Made by a program: the position numbers and the translations under genes. A stretch of 32,468 bases of DNA from Nitrospiraceae bacterium (GTDB taxonomy: Bacteria; Nitrospirota; Nitrospiria; Nitrospirales; Nitrospiraceae): NCBI GenBank assembly GCA_037442105.1, contig JBBIQV010000035.1, positions 1-32,468 on the forward strand, in the 5' to 3' direction. Each line of letters opens with the position of its first letter. The stretch's first letter is position 1. Of this stretch, positions 1 through 9,175 are shown piece by piece. Under the pieces are notes generated by a model that worked only from the letters and a program-made list of their open reading frames with translations, did no database searches and was not told the origin of the DNA.

Positions 1-54
1 ACCTGTAACCCCCAGATCCGTAGTCTGGTGCTCTATCCATTGAGCTACGGGCGC
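1..54 (-). tRNA. tRNA-Arg(ACG), 3' end truncated by the window edge
   Basis: Reverse complement reads GCGCCCGTAGCTCAATGGATAGAGC-A-CCAGA-CTACGGA-TCTGG-GGGTT-ACAGGT...: canonical D arm, 5-bp anticodon stem with ACG, start of the T arm. Confidence 0.93.
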
Positions 55-198
55 CTAGCGGGAGGTTATACAGGTCCGATCAGCGGATGGTCAAGGTGCC
101 GGCGCTTCGCCGAGCATGCCTTGCATGATCCTGGAAAACGATACGCGAAATCCAGAGGCCTGGTGTAGGATTGCATCCAAGACAACAGAGTGGGGTGC

Positions 199-474
199 AT
201 GACTATGGAACTTCTTAAGATGCAACCGGGGGAGGAGACAACTTCGCTTCCGCAAGTCGTCCGTAGGCGAGTTTGGATCGCGGAATTCGTTCGGTGGGTT
301 ACTGGAACGGTTCTGGCGGTCCTGGTTGGGACCTGGCTGGTCTGGCTCTATGTCTCGCTCCAGCAGTCGGCTTTCGAAAGTGAGATCAGGGCCGCGTGTC
401 GCCGCACGATGCCGGAGTCGGCGGATCGCTGTTTTGATACGGTGATTATCCAGCGTGGCGGAACAAGGCGATGA
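199..474 (+). CDS. Small single-pass membrane protein, hypothetical
   Basis: One hydrophobic segment (VTGTVLAVLVGTWLVWLYV) and two Cys in the C-terminal part; the stop overlaps the next ATG (ATGA). Start could be 190, 199 or 205. Confidence 0.6.
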   Translation: MTMELLKMQPGEETTSLPQVVRRRVWIAEFVRWVTGTVLAVLVGTWLVWLYVSLQQSAFESEIRAACRRTMPESADRCFDTVIIQRGGTRR

Positions 475-1499
475 CGGGTTTGGAGTGTACCGACGCGCGT
501 GTCCGCACATTCCTGCTCCCAGGTGCCGCAAGCATTGTTCTACTGACCGCGACCGTGGCTACCGGCGCGGAGCCGGCTCAGCAGTCACATCCACGGGTGG
601 AAATCGGGATAAGCTCATGGCTCTTCACGCAGGGCCAAACCAAGTGGAGTCATAATGCATCGGGGCTCGATTCAAGACTCGGCAATCCAACATCCAGGTT
701 GACCTACAAGGACAACGATACACACATCATCGAGTTGACCGGCAAGATCGCTTTCAGCCAACGGTGGTTTATACGGGCAGATGTCGGATTCAGCGCAGCC
801 CTGGATCGCGGCATTCTCACGGACGACGATTTTTCTGCAGTCGGAGGGCAGCACCTCTTTTCGCGAACTCACAGTGATATCTCGGGGAACGGGACGCAGT
901 ATCTCAATGCGGATATGGGGCTCCGCATAGCGGACTATCCGGGGAGCCGGGGACACCTGGCTGTCTTCTGGGGCTATCAATATTGGAGAACGAAGTACGA
1001 GGCGACAAGTGTCAGGCAGGTCGAGTGCAGTTCATCAGGGATTCCTGGCATCGGTTGCGACCCGGCCGGGACGACTTCCCATCAAGGACAGCTCGCGATT
1101 ACGAATACGACGCGGTGGCATTCTCTCCGTCTCGGCGTTCAGAGTGAGTATCGGCTCACGAGGCGTTTCAGTGTCGAGGGGAACGCGGCGTTTATTCCTC
1201 TGAGCTATGTGGAGAACGAGGACATCCATCACTTGAGGCAGACCGGCACGGGCGCTCTTCAACAGAATCCGAGTTTCTCCATGTCGGGGATTGGGATAGG
1301 CGCGGATGTGGAGGCCGGTGCACGGTTTATGGTTGCCCGGAACCTATTCCTCAACGCCGGATACCGGTTCTGGTGGAACCATGTGGCTGATGGAACCTGG
1401 AAGAATCATCCCGTCGGGTCTTCATCCTCATCGGCGCCGCTGACGGAATTCCAAACGATGCGCCATGGAGTGACGCTCGGTCTCAGCTACGTGTTCTAG
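471..1499 (+). CDS. Omptin-family outer-membrane beta-barrel (putative protease)
   Basis: Signal-like N-terminus, amphipathic beta-strands, C-terminal Phe (YVF). GILTDDDF and ENEDIHH match the omptin DxD and DxH catalytic pairs. Confidence 0.7.
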   Translation: MTGLECTDARVRTFLLPGAASIVLLTATVATGAEPAQQSHPRVEIGISSWLFTQGQTKWSHNASGLDSRLGNPTSRLTYKDNDTHIIELTGKIAFSQRWFIRADVGFSAALDRGILTDDDFSAVGGQHLFSRTHSDISGNGTQYLNADMGLRIADYPGSRGHLAVFWGYQYWRTKYEATSVRQVECSSSGIPGIGCDPAGTTSHQGQLAITNTTRWHSLRLGVQSEYRLTRRFSVEGNAAFIPLSYVENEDIHHLRQTGTGALQQNPSFSMSGIGIGADVEAGARFMVARNLFLNAGYRFWWNHVADGTWKNHPVGSSSSSAPLTEFQTMRHGVTLGLSYVF

Positions 1500-1522
1500 C
1501 GCGCTAGCCCGGTGGACCCAGG

Positions 1523-1557
1523 GATCGATTGACGAATGACCATTGACGATCGACGGC
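1523..1557. repeat. Heptamer tandem array (TGACNAN type)
   Basis: gatcgat tgacgaa tgaccat tgacgat cgacggc, between convergent genes. Confidence 0.6.
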
Positions 1558-1566
1558 ATTTCGGAG

Positions 1567-2640
1567 TTACGGTCGCCGGCCAGGCAGGGTTTCTTCTTCG
1601 TACTGCGTGAACAATCGTTTGGCGTCCGGATGGAGATGGCCGGGATGGCCATGGGGAATCCCGGTTGTTCTGAATAGCGGCGCTAGCTTACCGTTCGGAT
1701 GGAGATAGCCGGCTCGGAGTGGAACCGTTCGGCGGGAATGCCGTACGAGATGGCATGGCGAGGGCCGGATCGAGGTCAGCCAATCGGCAATGTCTTGCGG
1801 ATTGCCGATCGATGCGGAGAGCAGCAGAAGCCTCGCCTGGGCCGGACAAAAGATAATCGTCTCTTCCCACACCACCCCACGTTCCGGGTCTGCGATGTAC
1901 TGCGATTCGTCCATGATCACCAGCCCCAGGGTATCCAACCGCAGATCGATTTCGCCTCCCGCCGCATCGTAAAGCAAGTTGCGTAGAATCTCCGTTGTCA
2001 TGATCAACAGGGGAGCCTGCTCGTTGTCGCGGCGGTCTCCCGTGAGAATGCCGACCCGTTCGGCCCCGAACAATCGCGAAAATTCCGTGAACTTGGTGTT
2101 GGAGAGGGCTTTGAGCGGCGATGTGTAGATGACCGTACGGTTCTCCTCGATGGCTCGTCGTGCCGCTTCGATCGCCACGTAGGTTTTTCCGCTTCCCGTG
2201 GGCACGCTCACGATCACATCGGTCTCAGCCAATTTCGCAAGCGCATCTTCTTGCCACGCATCCGGAACGAACGGGCGAAGAGGAGGAACGCCGATGCCCT
2301 CGAGCCACGCCGCCAAGCTCACCGGCGGTTCAAGATGTTCCTGCTCGTGCGGGTGGGGAGATTTCTGAGCCTCTTGAAGGCGCGGTTTTGCAGCCGGAGG
2401 ACGGGAGGCGGGGAGTCTCCTCGGTTCTGGTGGCGTTTCGTGCGTGGTTGTGCGCGCCTGGATCAAGGCCTGAAGGTCGGACTCCAGACCGGCGCGATTT
2501 TGGGATGAGTGCTGCAACAGCAGCTCGATCAGCCGGCGTTTGCCGGCTCGAAAATGGCGGTGGACACGGCCTCGCGCCAACCGATGGAGGATCGACACCG
2601 GCTGCTGGACTAAGAGCTTTTCGAGCTCGTCGGTCGTCAT
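1567..2640 (-). CDS. Ski2/HelY-like SF2 helicase, N-terminal half (RecA1 domain)
   Basis: Q motif (PDAWQ), Walker A PTGSGKT, SPLKALSN, ILTGD, MTTEILRN, motif II DESQ, LSASI, RTVPL. Motifs IV-VI are absent. Confidence 0.9.
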   Translation of the reverse strand: MTTDELEKLLVQQPVSILHRLARGRVHRHFRAGKRRLIELLLQHSSQNRAGLESDLQALIQARTTTHETPPEPRRLPASRPPAAKPRLQEAQKSPHPHEQEHLEPPVSLAAWLEGIGVPPLRPFVPDAWQEDALAKLAETDVIVSVPTGSGKTYVAIEAARRAIEENRTVIYTSPLKALSNTKFTEFSRLFGAERVGILTGDRRDNEQAPLLIMTTEILRNLLYDAAGGEIDLRLDTLGLVIMDESQYIADPERGVVWEETIIFCPAQARLLLLSASIGNPQDIADWLTSIRPSPCHLVRHSRRTVPLRAGYLHPNGKLAPLFRTTGIPHGHPGHLHPDAKRLFTQYEEETLPGRRP

Positions 2641-2643
2641 GTT

Positions 2644-2717
2644 CCTAGCGTTCTGCCGTTAGCGCTCAGCTTTCAGCATTCCGAATCTTAAAAAGATGAC
2701 GGCTGAAAGCTGACTGC
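2644..2717. repeat. Inverted heptamer array (NNTCAGC / GCTGANN)
   Basis: cgttagc gctcagc tttcagc ... gctgaaa gctgact; 2666-2677 pairs perfectly with 2702-2713. Confidence 0.8.
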
Positions 2718-2723
2718 TTCTCG

Positions 2724-4586
2724 TCACGGCAGCTCCTCGAGTACGTCGCGGCGCATCGCGGCGATGGCGCGGCCGGCGGTGTCGGCCAATCCGGGGTGAG
2801 TGTCTTTGAGTGTATGGAGCTGAGACAAAAATTCCAACGTTCGGGCAAACAGCCGGTAAATATCGCCTTCGGCCATGGTCGTCGTGCGGCAGAGCCCGAT
2901 CCACGTCAACGTCGGGTCGGCGATCCAGCGCTCGGGCAATGCCGCGATGTCGGCGCGTAACAGCGGGGGGTCTTCGTGTGGGGCCAGCGATTCCGCCAGC
3001 TTCCGTACCTGACCCAGCAGCGAGGCGAGTCCAGGACTGACGCGAGGGAAGGCCCCAGGCCGGTCGTCGTCCTGCGCGATGCTCGCCATGATCCCGGCCA
3101 AGATGTGCGGGTCGGCTCCCGTGAACGCTTCGGCGCGGATCAATTCGGTGATCAGTAGAGAATGGTCGATGCGAATCAGCCTGGCCCATTCACCGTCGTC
3201 GGTCAGGTGTGCCGTGGGTGTGAGGTAGCCAAATTGCTGCAGGATTTCTACGCGGTCCTGGAAACGATGCCAGAGGCTGGTGTGCAAGGCTTGGATTGCT
3301 TTGGTATGCCGGTGCATCTCCTGCCGGAGCCGGTAGGCCGCAGCATGATCTTTTTGGCACATTGAGCGGGAGGGACAGGTCGGGCAGGGGAATTCGTCCA
3401 GCGTTTGGGCGATGGTCTGCTCGGACGCCGAATACGATTCGTCCTCCACGAGGATCGGCAAAACGGGCAGGCGGCCGGGAAGCTCTTCCAGATGTTTTGT
3501 CAGGTCGTCCAAGCTGGCCGGCGTACACCAGGGATACACCGGCGCCTCCACACAGTCGAACAGGCGATCGAATACCTCCGTGACGATCGTCGCCGGACAT
3601 TCCGTGACGGCTCCACCAGGGCGGAGCACCGTGACCATCGGGCTCCGTTGTCCTTTACTCCGGTACTGCCTCAAGACGATGCCGCGCGCGCGCGGTATCC
3701 CGATGACACGACCGGGTGTCAGAAACTGGAAACGAGCCGACAGTTCCGGCGAGTCCCGCCGCTTGTGCTGAACGCGATGGGATTTCTGGCGGCGAGCCTG
3801 ATCAAATGTATGCCACTGGGTAATCCAGTCCGTGCAGACACGAGGTCCAAACGGCTCCATCTGGACACGAAGGTGATCGAGTTTGCGTTCGAGGACCTCC
3901 GCCCTCTGGTTGAGTTGGAATTGGGCAAAGCTCTTGGCCAGGATCGGCTGAATGTGATCGAGCGGATGCGCCTTCAGGAGGTTCAACACCATCGGATAGG
4001 TGATGACGAACTGGCTGTCGATCGGTTCCGGCTGGCCCGTCAATCCTTTGGTAATGACGGGAAGTTCAATGTAGGGCGATGGGGTGACGATGGCAAAGCC
4101 GACGAGGTCTTTGCCCCGACGGCCGGCTCGCCCGGACAACTGTTGCACTTCGCCGATAGAGAGGTCCGTGAAGTCGCGGGTTTTGCGGACGCTGGACTGG
4201 GTCAGCACGACCGTGCGAGCAGGGAAGTCCACGCCTGCGGCTAACGTGGTCGTGGCAAAGACGGCGTCTAAGCAGCCGTTCCGCATCAGTTCTTCGACCG
4301 CAATTTTCCACGAAGGCAGATGTCCTGCATGATGGGCCGCGACACCGATGCGTTGGACGGTTTCAAGGAGCGGATGTTCCGCCACGCTGGGATATTGCGC
4401 GATCACTTGTTTGAGCACCGCGGCGATGGCTTCTTGGCGTGCCGGCGGCAATTGGACCTGGCTTCGTTCGAAGGCTTGCATCGCTTCGTCGCAGGCGCGG
4501 CGCGAGGTGAGAAAGACGATGGCGGGAGTCAAGTGCTTGAGGCGGAGGCCGGTGATGAGATCAACCGGGTGAATTGATGGAGGCAT
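2724..4586 (-). CDS. Ski2/HelY-like SF2 helicase, C-terminal half (RecA2, winged helix, arch, DSHCT-like)
   Basis: PAIVFLTSRRACD, HHAGHLP, ATTTLAAGVDFPARTVV, QLSGRAGRRG, SQFVITYPMVLNLL, CPTC..C and EGDIYRL. No Walker A or B. Confidence 0.9.
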   Translation of the reverse strand: MPPSIHPVDLITGLRLKHLTPAIVFLTSRRACDEAMQAFERSQVQLPPARQEAIAAVLKQVIAQYPSVAEHPLLETVQRIGVAAHHAGHLPSWKIAVEELMRNGCLDAVFATTTLAAGVDFPARTVVLTQSSVRKTRDFTDLSIGEVQQLSGRAGRRGKDLVGFAIVTPSPYIELPVITKGLTGQPEPIDSQFVITYPMVLNLLKAHPLDHIQPILAKSFAQFQLNQRAEVLERKLDHLRVQMEPFGPRVCTDWITQWHTFDQARRQKSHRVQHKRRDSPELSARFQFLTPGRVIGIPRARGIVLRQYRSKGQRSPMVTVLRPGGAVTECPATIVTEVFDRLFDCVEAPVYPWCTPASLDDLTKHLEELPGRLPVLPILVEDESYSASEQTIAQTLDEFPCPTCPSRSMCQKDHAAAYRLRQEMHRHTKAIQALHTSLWHRFQDRVEILQQFGYLTPTAHLTDDGEWARLIRIDHSLLITELIRAEAFTGADPHILAGIMASIAQDDDRPGAFPRVSPGLASLLGQVRKLAESLAPHEDPPLLRADIAALPERWIADPTLTWIGLCRTTTMAEGDIYRLFARTLEFLSQLHTLKDTHPGLADTAGRAIAAMRRDVLEELP

Positions 4587-5799
4587 GCAGCTTCATTCCC
4601 TTGGAAATGACGACGAGGCCTGAGTCGGTGACCGTAAAGCGCTGGCGATCGGCGTCCGCGTCATAGCCGATCTCGGTCTTGGCCGGAATCACGACGTCCT
4701 TGTCGATGATGGTGCGCCGGATACGGGCATGATCGCCGATGACGACATTTTCCATCACGATGGATTCCCTCACATCGGCGTGGTCTTGGACGCGGATGTT
4801 GGGGGAGAGGACGGAATTTTGCACGCGGCCTCCGGAAATGATGCAACCACCGCACACGACGGAATCGAGCGCGACGCCCATGCGCCCCCCTTGGAAGTCT
4901 TGCGCGAACACGAACTTGGCAGGAGGGTATTGCCCTTGGTAGGTCCGAATAGGCCACTTCTGATCGTAGAGGTTAAAGAGCGGATCGACCGCGACGAGAT
5001 CCATATTGGCTTCCCAATAGGCATCCAGCGTCCCGATGTCTCGCCAGTATTTTACGTCCTTCCGATTTTCATCCTGAAACTTGAAGGCGAAGACCCGACA
5101 GTCCTTGATCATGCGGGGAATGATGTTTTTGCCGAAGTCGTGGGATGTGTCTTCTCGGGCATCGTCCATCAGGTGCCGGCGGATGACCTGCGAGCGGAAG
5201 AGATAAATGCCCATGGACACGAAGGCACACGTCGGATCGTTGGGAATCGGGGTCGGGTGCTCCGGTTTCTCTTGGAAATGAGTGATGCGGTAGTCTTCAT
5301 CCACCCCGATGACGCCGAACCGGCTTGCATCCTGCAGCGGAATCTCAAGGGCTCCGACTACCGCGTCGGCCCGTTTGGCCAACAGCCAGTGGTACATGTC
5401 CGCGTAGTTCATCTTGTAGATGTGGTCACCGGCCAATACCAGGAGCAATTCCGGTTGATCGTTGTCGAGGAGAAACAGGTTCTGGTACACGGCATCGGCC
5501 GTTCCTTTGTACCAATCCTCGCTGATGCGTTGCTGTGGGGGAACCGAGGCAATGTACTCCCCCAACTCGGCATTGAGAAGGTTCCATCCGGTACGGATGT
5601 GCCGGTCCAGCGAATGCGATTTGTATTGGATCAGGACCGCGACCTGCCGCAGGCCGGAATTCAGGCAGTTGCTGAGGGTGAAATCGATAATCCGATACTT
5701 GCCCCCGAAGGGGACGGCCGGCTTGGCTCGATGTTCTGTCAGGGGTTGGAGCCGTTCGCCCTTCCCACCGGCCAAGATCATGGTGAAGATCCCACGCAT
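4561..5799 (-). CDS. glgC: Glucose-1-phosphate adenylyltransferase
   Basis: [63 protein letters not shown] and a C-terminal beta-helix. Confidence 0.97.
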   Translation of the reverse strand: MRGIFTMILAGGKGERLQPLTEHRAKPAVPFGGKYRIIDFTLSNCLNSGLRQVAVLIQYKSHSLDRHIRTGWNLLNAELGEYIASVPPQQRISEDWYKGTADAVYQNLFLLDNDQPELLLVLAGDHIYKMNYADMYHWLLAKRADAVVGALEIPLQDASRFGVIGVDEDYRITHFQEKPEHPTPIPNDPTCAFVSMGIYLFRSQVIRRHLMDDAREDTSHDFGKNIIPRMIKDCRVFAFKFQDENRKDVKYWRDIGTLDAYWEANMDLVAVDPLFNLYDQKWPIRTYQGQYPPAKFVFAQDFQGGRMGVALDSVVCGGCIISGGRVQNSVLSPNIRVQDHADVRESIVMENVVIGDHARIRRTIIDKDVVIPAKTEIGYDADADRQRFTVTDSGLVVISKGMKLHASINSPG

Positions 5800-5850
5800 A
5801 TGGCCGGAATTTTAACAGGACCGGAAATAAATAGAAAGGAAGCTCGAACG

Positions 5851-5879
5851 TTGACTTCCGGTTCGTCTGGGACGATACT
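5851..5879 (+). promoter_or_regulatory. Putative sigma70 promoter
   Basis: TTGACT-17 nt-GATACT upstream of the 5935 ORF and pot genes. Confidence 0.5.
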
Positions 5880-5934
5880 ACGACACCGAAACACGGAGGG
5901 TACCTGTGAGCACGATCAAGCAGGAGTTGAAGGG

Positions 5935-6222
5935 ATGTCTATGAAGCGTGATGTGGTGGTGTCCTCTTTGCCCAAGCCTGAGAACGGGGGTGTGGACGAG
6001 AGCCTGAAGGATGTGCAATGGCGGCTTGATCGCCTGGAGCGGCAGTTGCAGAAATTGACCGAACTCGTCCGCGACCACGCGGAGGACAACGATCGCTTGG
6101 TCCGCATCGTGGCGGAGGATCGCGAGATGATCCGCCGCGAATTGCTCCGGAAGCATCATGCGAAGGTTCGTGCCCGCAAGCATCTGCGCGATGTCAGTTC
6201 GCGGCCAGGGTTCGATAGCTAG
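5935..6222 (+). CDS. Small coiled-coil hypothetical protein
   Basis: The 3' 96 codons of track ORF 4729..6222 lie outside glgC and show a heptad pattern (LKDVQWRLDRLERQLQKLTELV). Start 5935 or 5941. Confidence 0.65.
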   Translation: MSMKRDVVVSSLPKPENGGVDESLKDVQWRLDRLERQLQKLTELVRDHAEDNDRLVRIVAEDREMIRRELLRKHHAKVRARKHLRDVSSRPGFDS

Positions 6223-6312
6223 CCGTTTCCCCTCTCTCTGAATCGGGCCTGTATCTCGCATGAGCAACAGGACCTTCTTCCCGACCCGTTCTCTCCTGGG
6301 AGCTCTCATCGC

Positions 6313-7413
6313 TTGAGCGACTGGAGCATCGAAACGCGCGACCTGGTGAAGCGGCATGGTGCGACGTTGGCCGTCGACCGTGTCTCGCTCGGCATCCGGC
6401 GCGGCGAGTTCTTCTCGATCCTCGGCCCGAGCGGCGCGGGCAAGACCTCGCTTCTGCGGATGCTGGCCGGGTTTGAACGACCGGACTCCGGGGAGATCCT
6501 GATCGAAGCCCGTGCGATGGCGAATGTGCCGCCGAATCGCCGGCCCGTGAATATGGTGTTCCAATCCTATGCGCTCTTTCCCCACCTGACGGTGTTTGAG
6601 AACGTGGCGTTCGGGTTGGAAATGCGGCAGGTCCCAAAACGGGAGATCGGCGCCCGTGTCCAGGATGCGCTCTCGATGGTGAAATTGTCCGGCGTGCATG
6701 ATCGGTTACCGACACGGCTTTCCGGCGGAGAACAACAGCGCGTGGCGCTGGCCCGTGCCTTGGTGAACCGCCCGGCCGTCGTGCTGCTGGATGAGCCGCT
6801 GGCGGCATTGGATCAGCAATTGCGCCAGGAAATGCGGACGGAGTTGAAGGCGATCCAGGAACAAGTGGGCATCACGTTCGTGTGCGTGACGCATCATCAG
6901 GAAGAGGCGCTGACCATGTCCGACCGGGTGGCGGTCATGAATGACGGGCGAGTCCTTCAAGTCGGTCGTCCACAGGACATTTATGAAACGCCTTCCTGCC
7001 TTTTCGTCGCGCGATTTATCGGCGTCTCCAACGAATTGACAGGCGCCGTTGTCGCCCTCGAACAGGAAGAAGCCCTTATCGATGTACCTGTTTTAGGCGA
7101 CCCGCGGCAGACAGTGCGGGTGCCGAACAGAGGCGACCTGCGGGCGGGGAGTCGTCTTATACTACTTGTCCGGCCGGAGCGACTGCATCTCTCTTCGGAT
7201 GGACATATAACGGGAGACGACAACCAACTCCGGGCCAGGATCGAGAAGGCCTTCTACAGTGGGAGCGAAACACGGTATGTGTTGCGTCTCTCGCAGGAAG
7301 TTTTCTGGAAGGCCCATGTACCGAATGCCGGAGCAGATCAGAAACGGTTCTCTCCCGGCGACATGCTCTTTGTCCGGTGGAAGCCTTCCGAGGGAGTGGT
7401 CCTGCCGACATGA
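6313..7413 (+). CDS. potA: Spermidine/putrescine ABC transporter ATP-binding subunit
   Basis: GPSGAGKT, MVFQSYALFPH, LSGGEQQRVALARAL, LLDEPL, C-terminal TOBE-like domain. Confidence 0.93.
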   Translation: MSDWSIETRDLVKRHGATLAVDRVSLGIRRGEFFSILGPSGAGKTSLLRMLAGFERPDSGEILIEARAMANVPPNRRPVNMVFQSYALFPHLTVFENVAFGLEMRQVPKREIGARVQDALSMVKLSGVHDRLPTRLSGGEQQRVALARALVNRPAVVLLDEPLAALDQQLRQEMRTELKAIQEQVGITFVCVTHHQEEALTMSDRVAVMNDGRVLQVGRPQDIYETPSCLFVARFIGVSNELTGAVVALEQEEALIDVPVLGDPRQTVRVPNRGDLRAGSRLILLVRPERLHLSSDGHITGDDNQLRARIEKAFYSGSETRYVLRLSQEVFWKAHVPNAGADQKRFSPGDMLFVRWKPSEGVVLPT

Positions 7414-8312
7414 ACTCCGTAACCTCGGTGCCGTCGTTGGAAGGGCGTGCAAGCGACGGTGGAGCAGGCGGATATCCGGCGTGGCTGCTGGGGCCTGGTC
7501 TGGCCTGGACAACGCTGTTCTTCTTTCTTCCGCTCGCGCTCGTCCTCGTGATCAGCTTTGCTGCCCGCGGCACTTATGGAGGAGTTGTCTGGCGTTTTGG
7601 GCTCATGAATTATCTGGATCTCCTCCATCCTCTCTACTTTCGCATTTTCGGCCAGTCCATGCTCTTCGCTGGTCTGACTACCGCAGTTTGTCTGGTACTG
7701 GGCTTCCCCTTAGCCTATTACATGGCGCGGACTTCGCCGAAATGGCAAGGCATATGGCTGCTCTTGGTGATGATCCCCTTCTGGACAAATTTTCTGGTGC
7801 GGACCTACGCTTGGATGTTTATTCTGAGGGCGGAGGGCCTGCTGAACACGCTCTTGATGCAGGCCGGCGTGGTTGAGACGCCGGTGGAGATCTTATACTC
7901 GAACACAGCCGTGATCATCGGCCTTGTATACGGATACTTGCCGTTCATGGTGTTGCCGTTGTTCGTTGCAGTCGAACGGCTCGATCCCAGACTGATTGAC
8001 GCGGCATGGGACCTCTATGCCTCACCGTGGTCGGTCTTCCGGCGGGTCATCTTGCCGTTGACTAAGCCGGGGGTGATTGCCGGATGTATTCTCGTGTTGA
8101 TTCCCACGCTCGGCGCGTTCATCACGCCCGATCTGCTCGGCGGCGCCCGGACCATGATGATCGGCAATCTGATCCAACATGAATATCTCGTCGTCCGCGA
8201 CTGGCCGCTGGGGTCGGCGATTTCCTTCGTCTTGATGCTCGTCGTGGTCGGGGCGATGGCGGCCTTCTTCCGGGCCGAGCGCCGCCTTCGTCAGAACGAG
8301 GTTCGGCCATGA
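7410..8312 (+). CDS. potB: Polyamine ABC transporter permease
   Basis: IPFWTNFLVRTYAW, YLPFMVLPL, EAA-like loop IDAAWDL, RDWPLGSA. ATG overlaps the potA stop. Confidence 0.93.
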   Translation: MNSVTSVPSLEGRASDGGAGGYPAWLLGPGLAWTTLFFFLPLALVLVISFAARGTYGGVVWRFGLMNYLDLLHPLYFRIFGQSMLFAGLTTAVCLVLGFPLAYYMARTSPKWQGIWLLLVMIPFWTNFLVRTYAWMFILRAEGLLNTLLMQAGVVETPVEILYSNTAVIIGLVYGYLPFMVLPLFVAVERLDPRLIDAAWDLYASPWSVFRRVILPLTKPGVIAGCILVLIPTLGAFITPDLLGGARTMMIGNLIQHEYLVVRDWPLGSAISFVLMLVVVGAMAAFFRAERRLRQNEVRP

Positions 8313-9091
8313 TCCGGCGCCGGGCCTGGCTGCGGCGGGCGAGTGTCGGGAGTCTGGTGTTCCTCTATTTGCCGGTCGCCGTCCTGATTGCGTTCTCCTT
8401 CAACGCGTCGCGGTTGTCGGCAAGCTGGCAAGGTTTCACGTTGAAATGGTATGGCGTGTTGGTCGGGGATCGGGCGTTGCTGGGGGCGACGTGGAACAGC
8501 CTGTTCATTGCGCTGGTCTCCACCGCCATTGCGACGGGACTCGGTCTGGGAGTGGCATTGGGTATCGAGCGGCTGCCGCTTCGCCGGCAGCAGGTGGTTG
8601 AGGGGGCGATATTGCTGCCGCTGGTGATTCCCGAAGTGATGATGGGTGTCGCTCTCATGTTGCTCTTCGTCATGGTCAAGTGGCCGTTAGGACTGTGGAC
8701 TATCATTCTGGGACATGCCACGTTCAACATACCCGTCGTGGTGGTGATCATCCGGGCGCGGCTGCGCAAACTGGACCAGCGCCTTGAAGAGGCGGCTTAC
8801 GACCTGGGAGCCACTGTGTGGCAGGCGCTTCAACGCGTGACGTTGCCGTTGCTGCGACCGGCCATTCTGGGCGCAGCCTTGATGGCTTTTACGATTTCTT
8901 TCGATGATTTTATCGTGACATTTTTTACAGCCGGACCTGGCTCTACTACGCTTCCGTTGAAAGTGTACTCCATGATCAAATCCGGGGTGTCTCCGGAAAT
9001 CAACGCTCTGTCCGCAATCCTCGTTCTTCTCTCGATGGGGCTGATCGCCCTTGCGCTGGGGATGCAGCGCGAGGCTGCAACGCGAAATTGA
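8309..9091 (+). CDS. potC: Polyamine ABC transporter permease
   Basis: FLYLPV..SFN, GFTLKWY, EEAAYDLGA, SFDDFIVTFF, TLPLKVYS..GVSPEINAL. Confidence 0.93.
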   Translation: MIRRRAWLRRASVGSLVFLYLPVAVLIAFSFNASRLSASWQGFTLKWYGVLVGDRALLGATWNSLFIALVSTAIATGLGLGVALGIERLPLRRQQVVEGAILLPLVIPEVMMGVALMLLFVMVKWPLGLWTIILGHATFNIPVVVVIIRARLRKLDQRLEEAAYDLGATVWQALQRVTLPLLRPAILGAALMAFTISFDDFIVTFFTAGPGSTTLPLKVYSMIKSGVSPEINALSAILVLLSMGLIALALGMQREAATRN

Positions 9092-9175
9092 AAATGAAAA
9101 GTGCGAAATTACAAATGCGAGAGGTGCGACGCCGTGTTGTTCAACTTTTCATTTTGCATTTGTCATTTTGCATTC
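9089..9175. repeat. Inverted heptamer array (TGMAAAA / TTTKCAT type) overlapping the potD 5' end
   Basis: tgaaaag tgcgaaa ttacaaa tgcgaga ... ttttcat tttgcat ttgtcat tttgcat. Confidence 0.75.

Noticed and set aside
1..54. tRNA as the attachment site of an island in this window
   Set aside because: The tRNA 3' end points out of the window, adjacent genes are not mobile-element genes, and I saw no duplicated tRNA fragment.
2640..2724. Helicase as a frameshifted or nonsense pseudogene, or as a split-intein pair
   Set aside because: The halves are in reverse order, so read-through cannot rebuild the normal protein; no intein-like termini (Cys/Ser start, His-Asn end) are seen.
4729..5934. 497-aa plus-strand ORF 4729..6222 as a full gene
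   Set aside because: Most of it is antisense to glgC, a typical GC-rich shadow frame; only the last 96 codons look coding.
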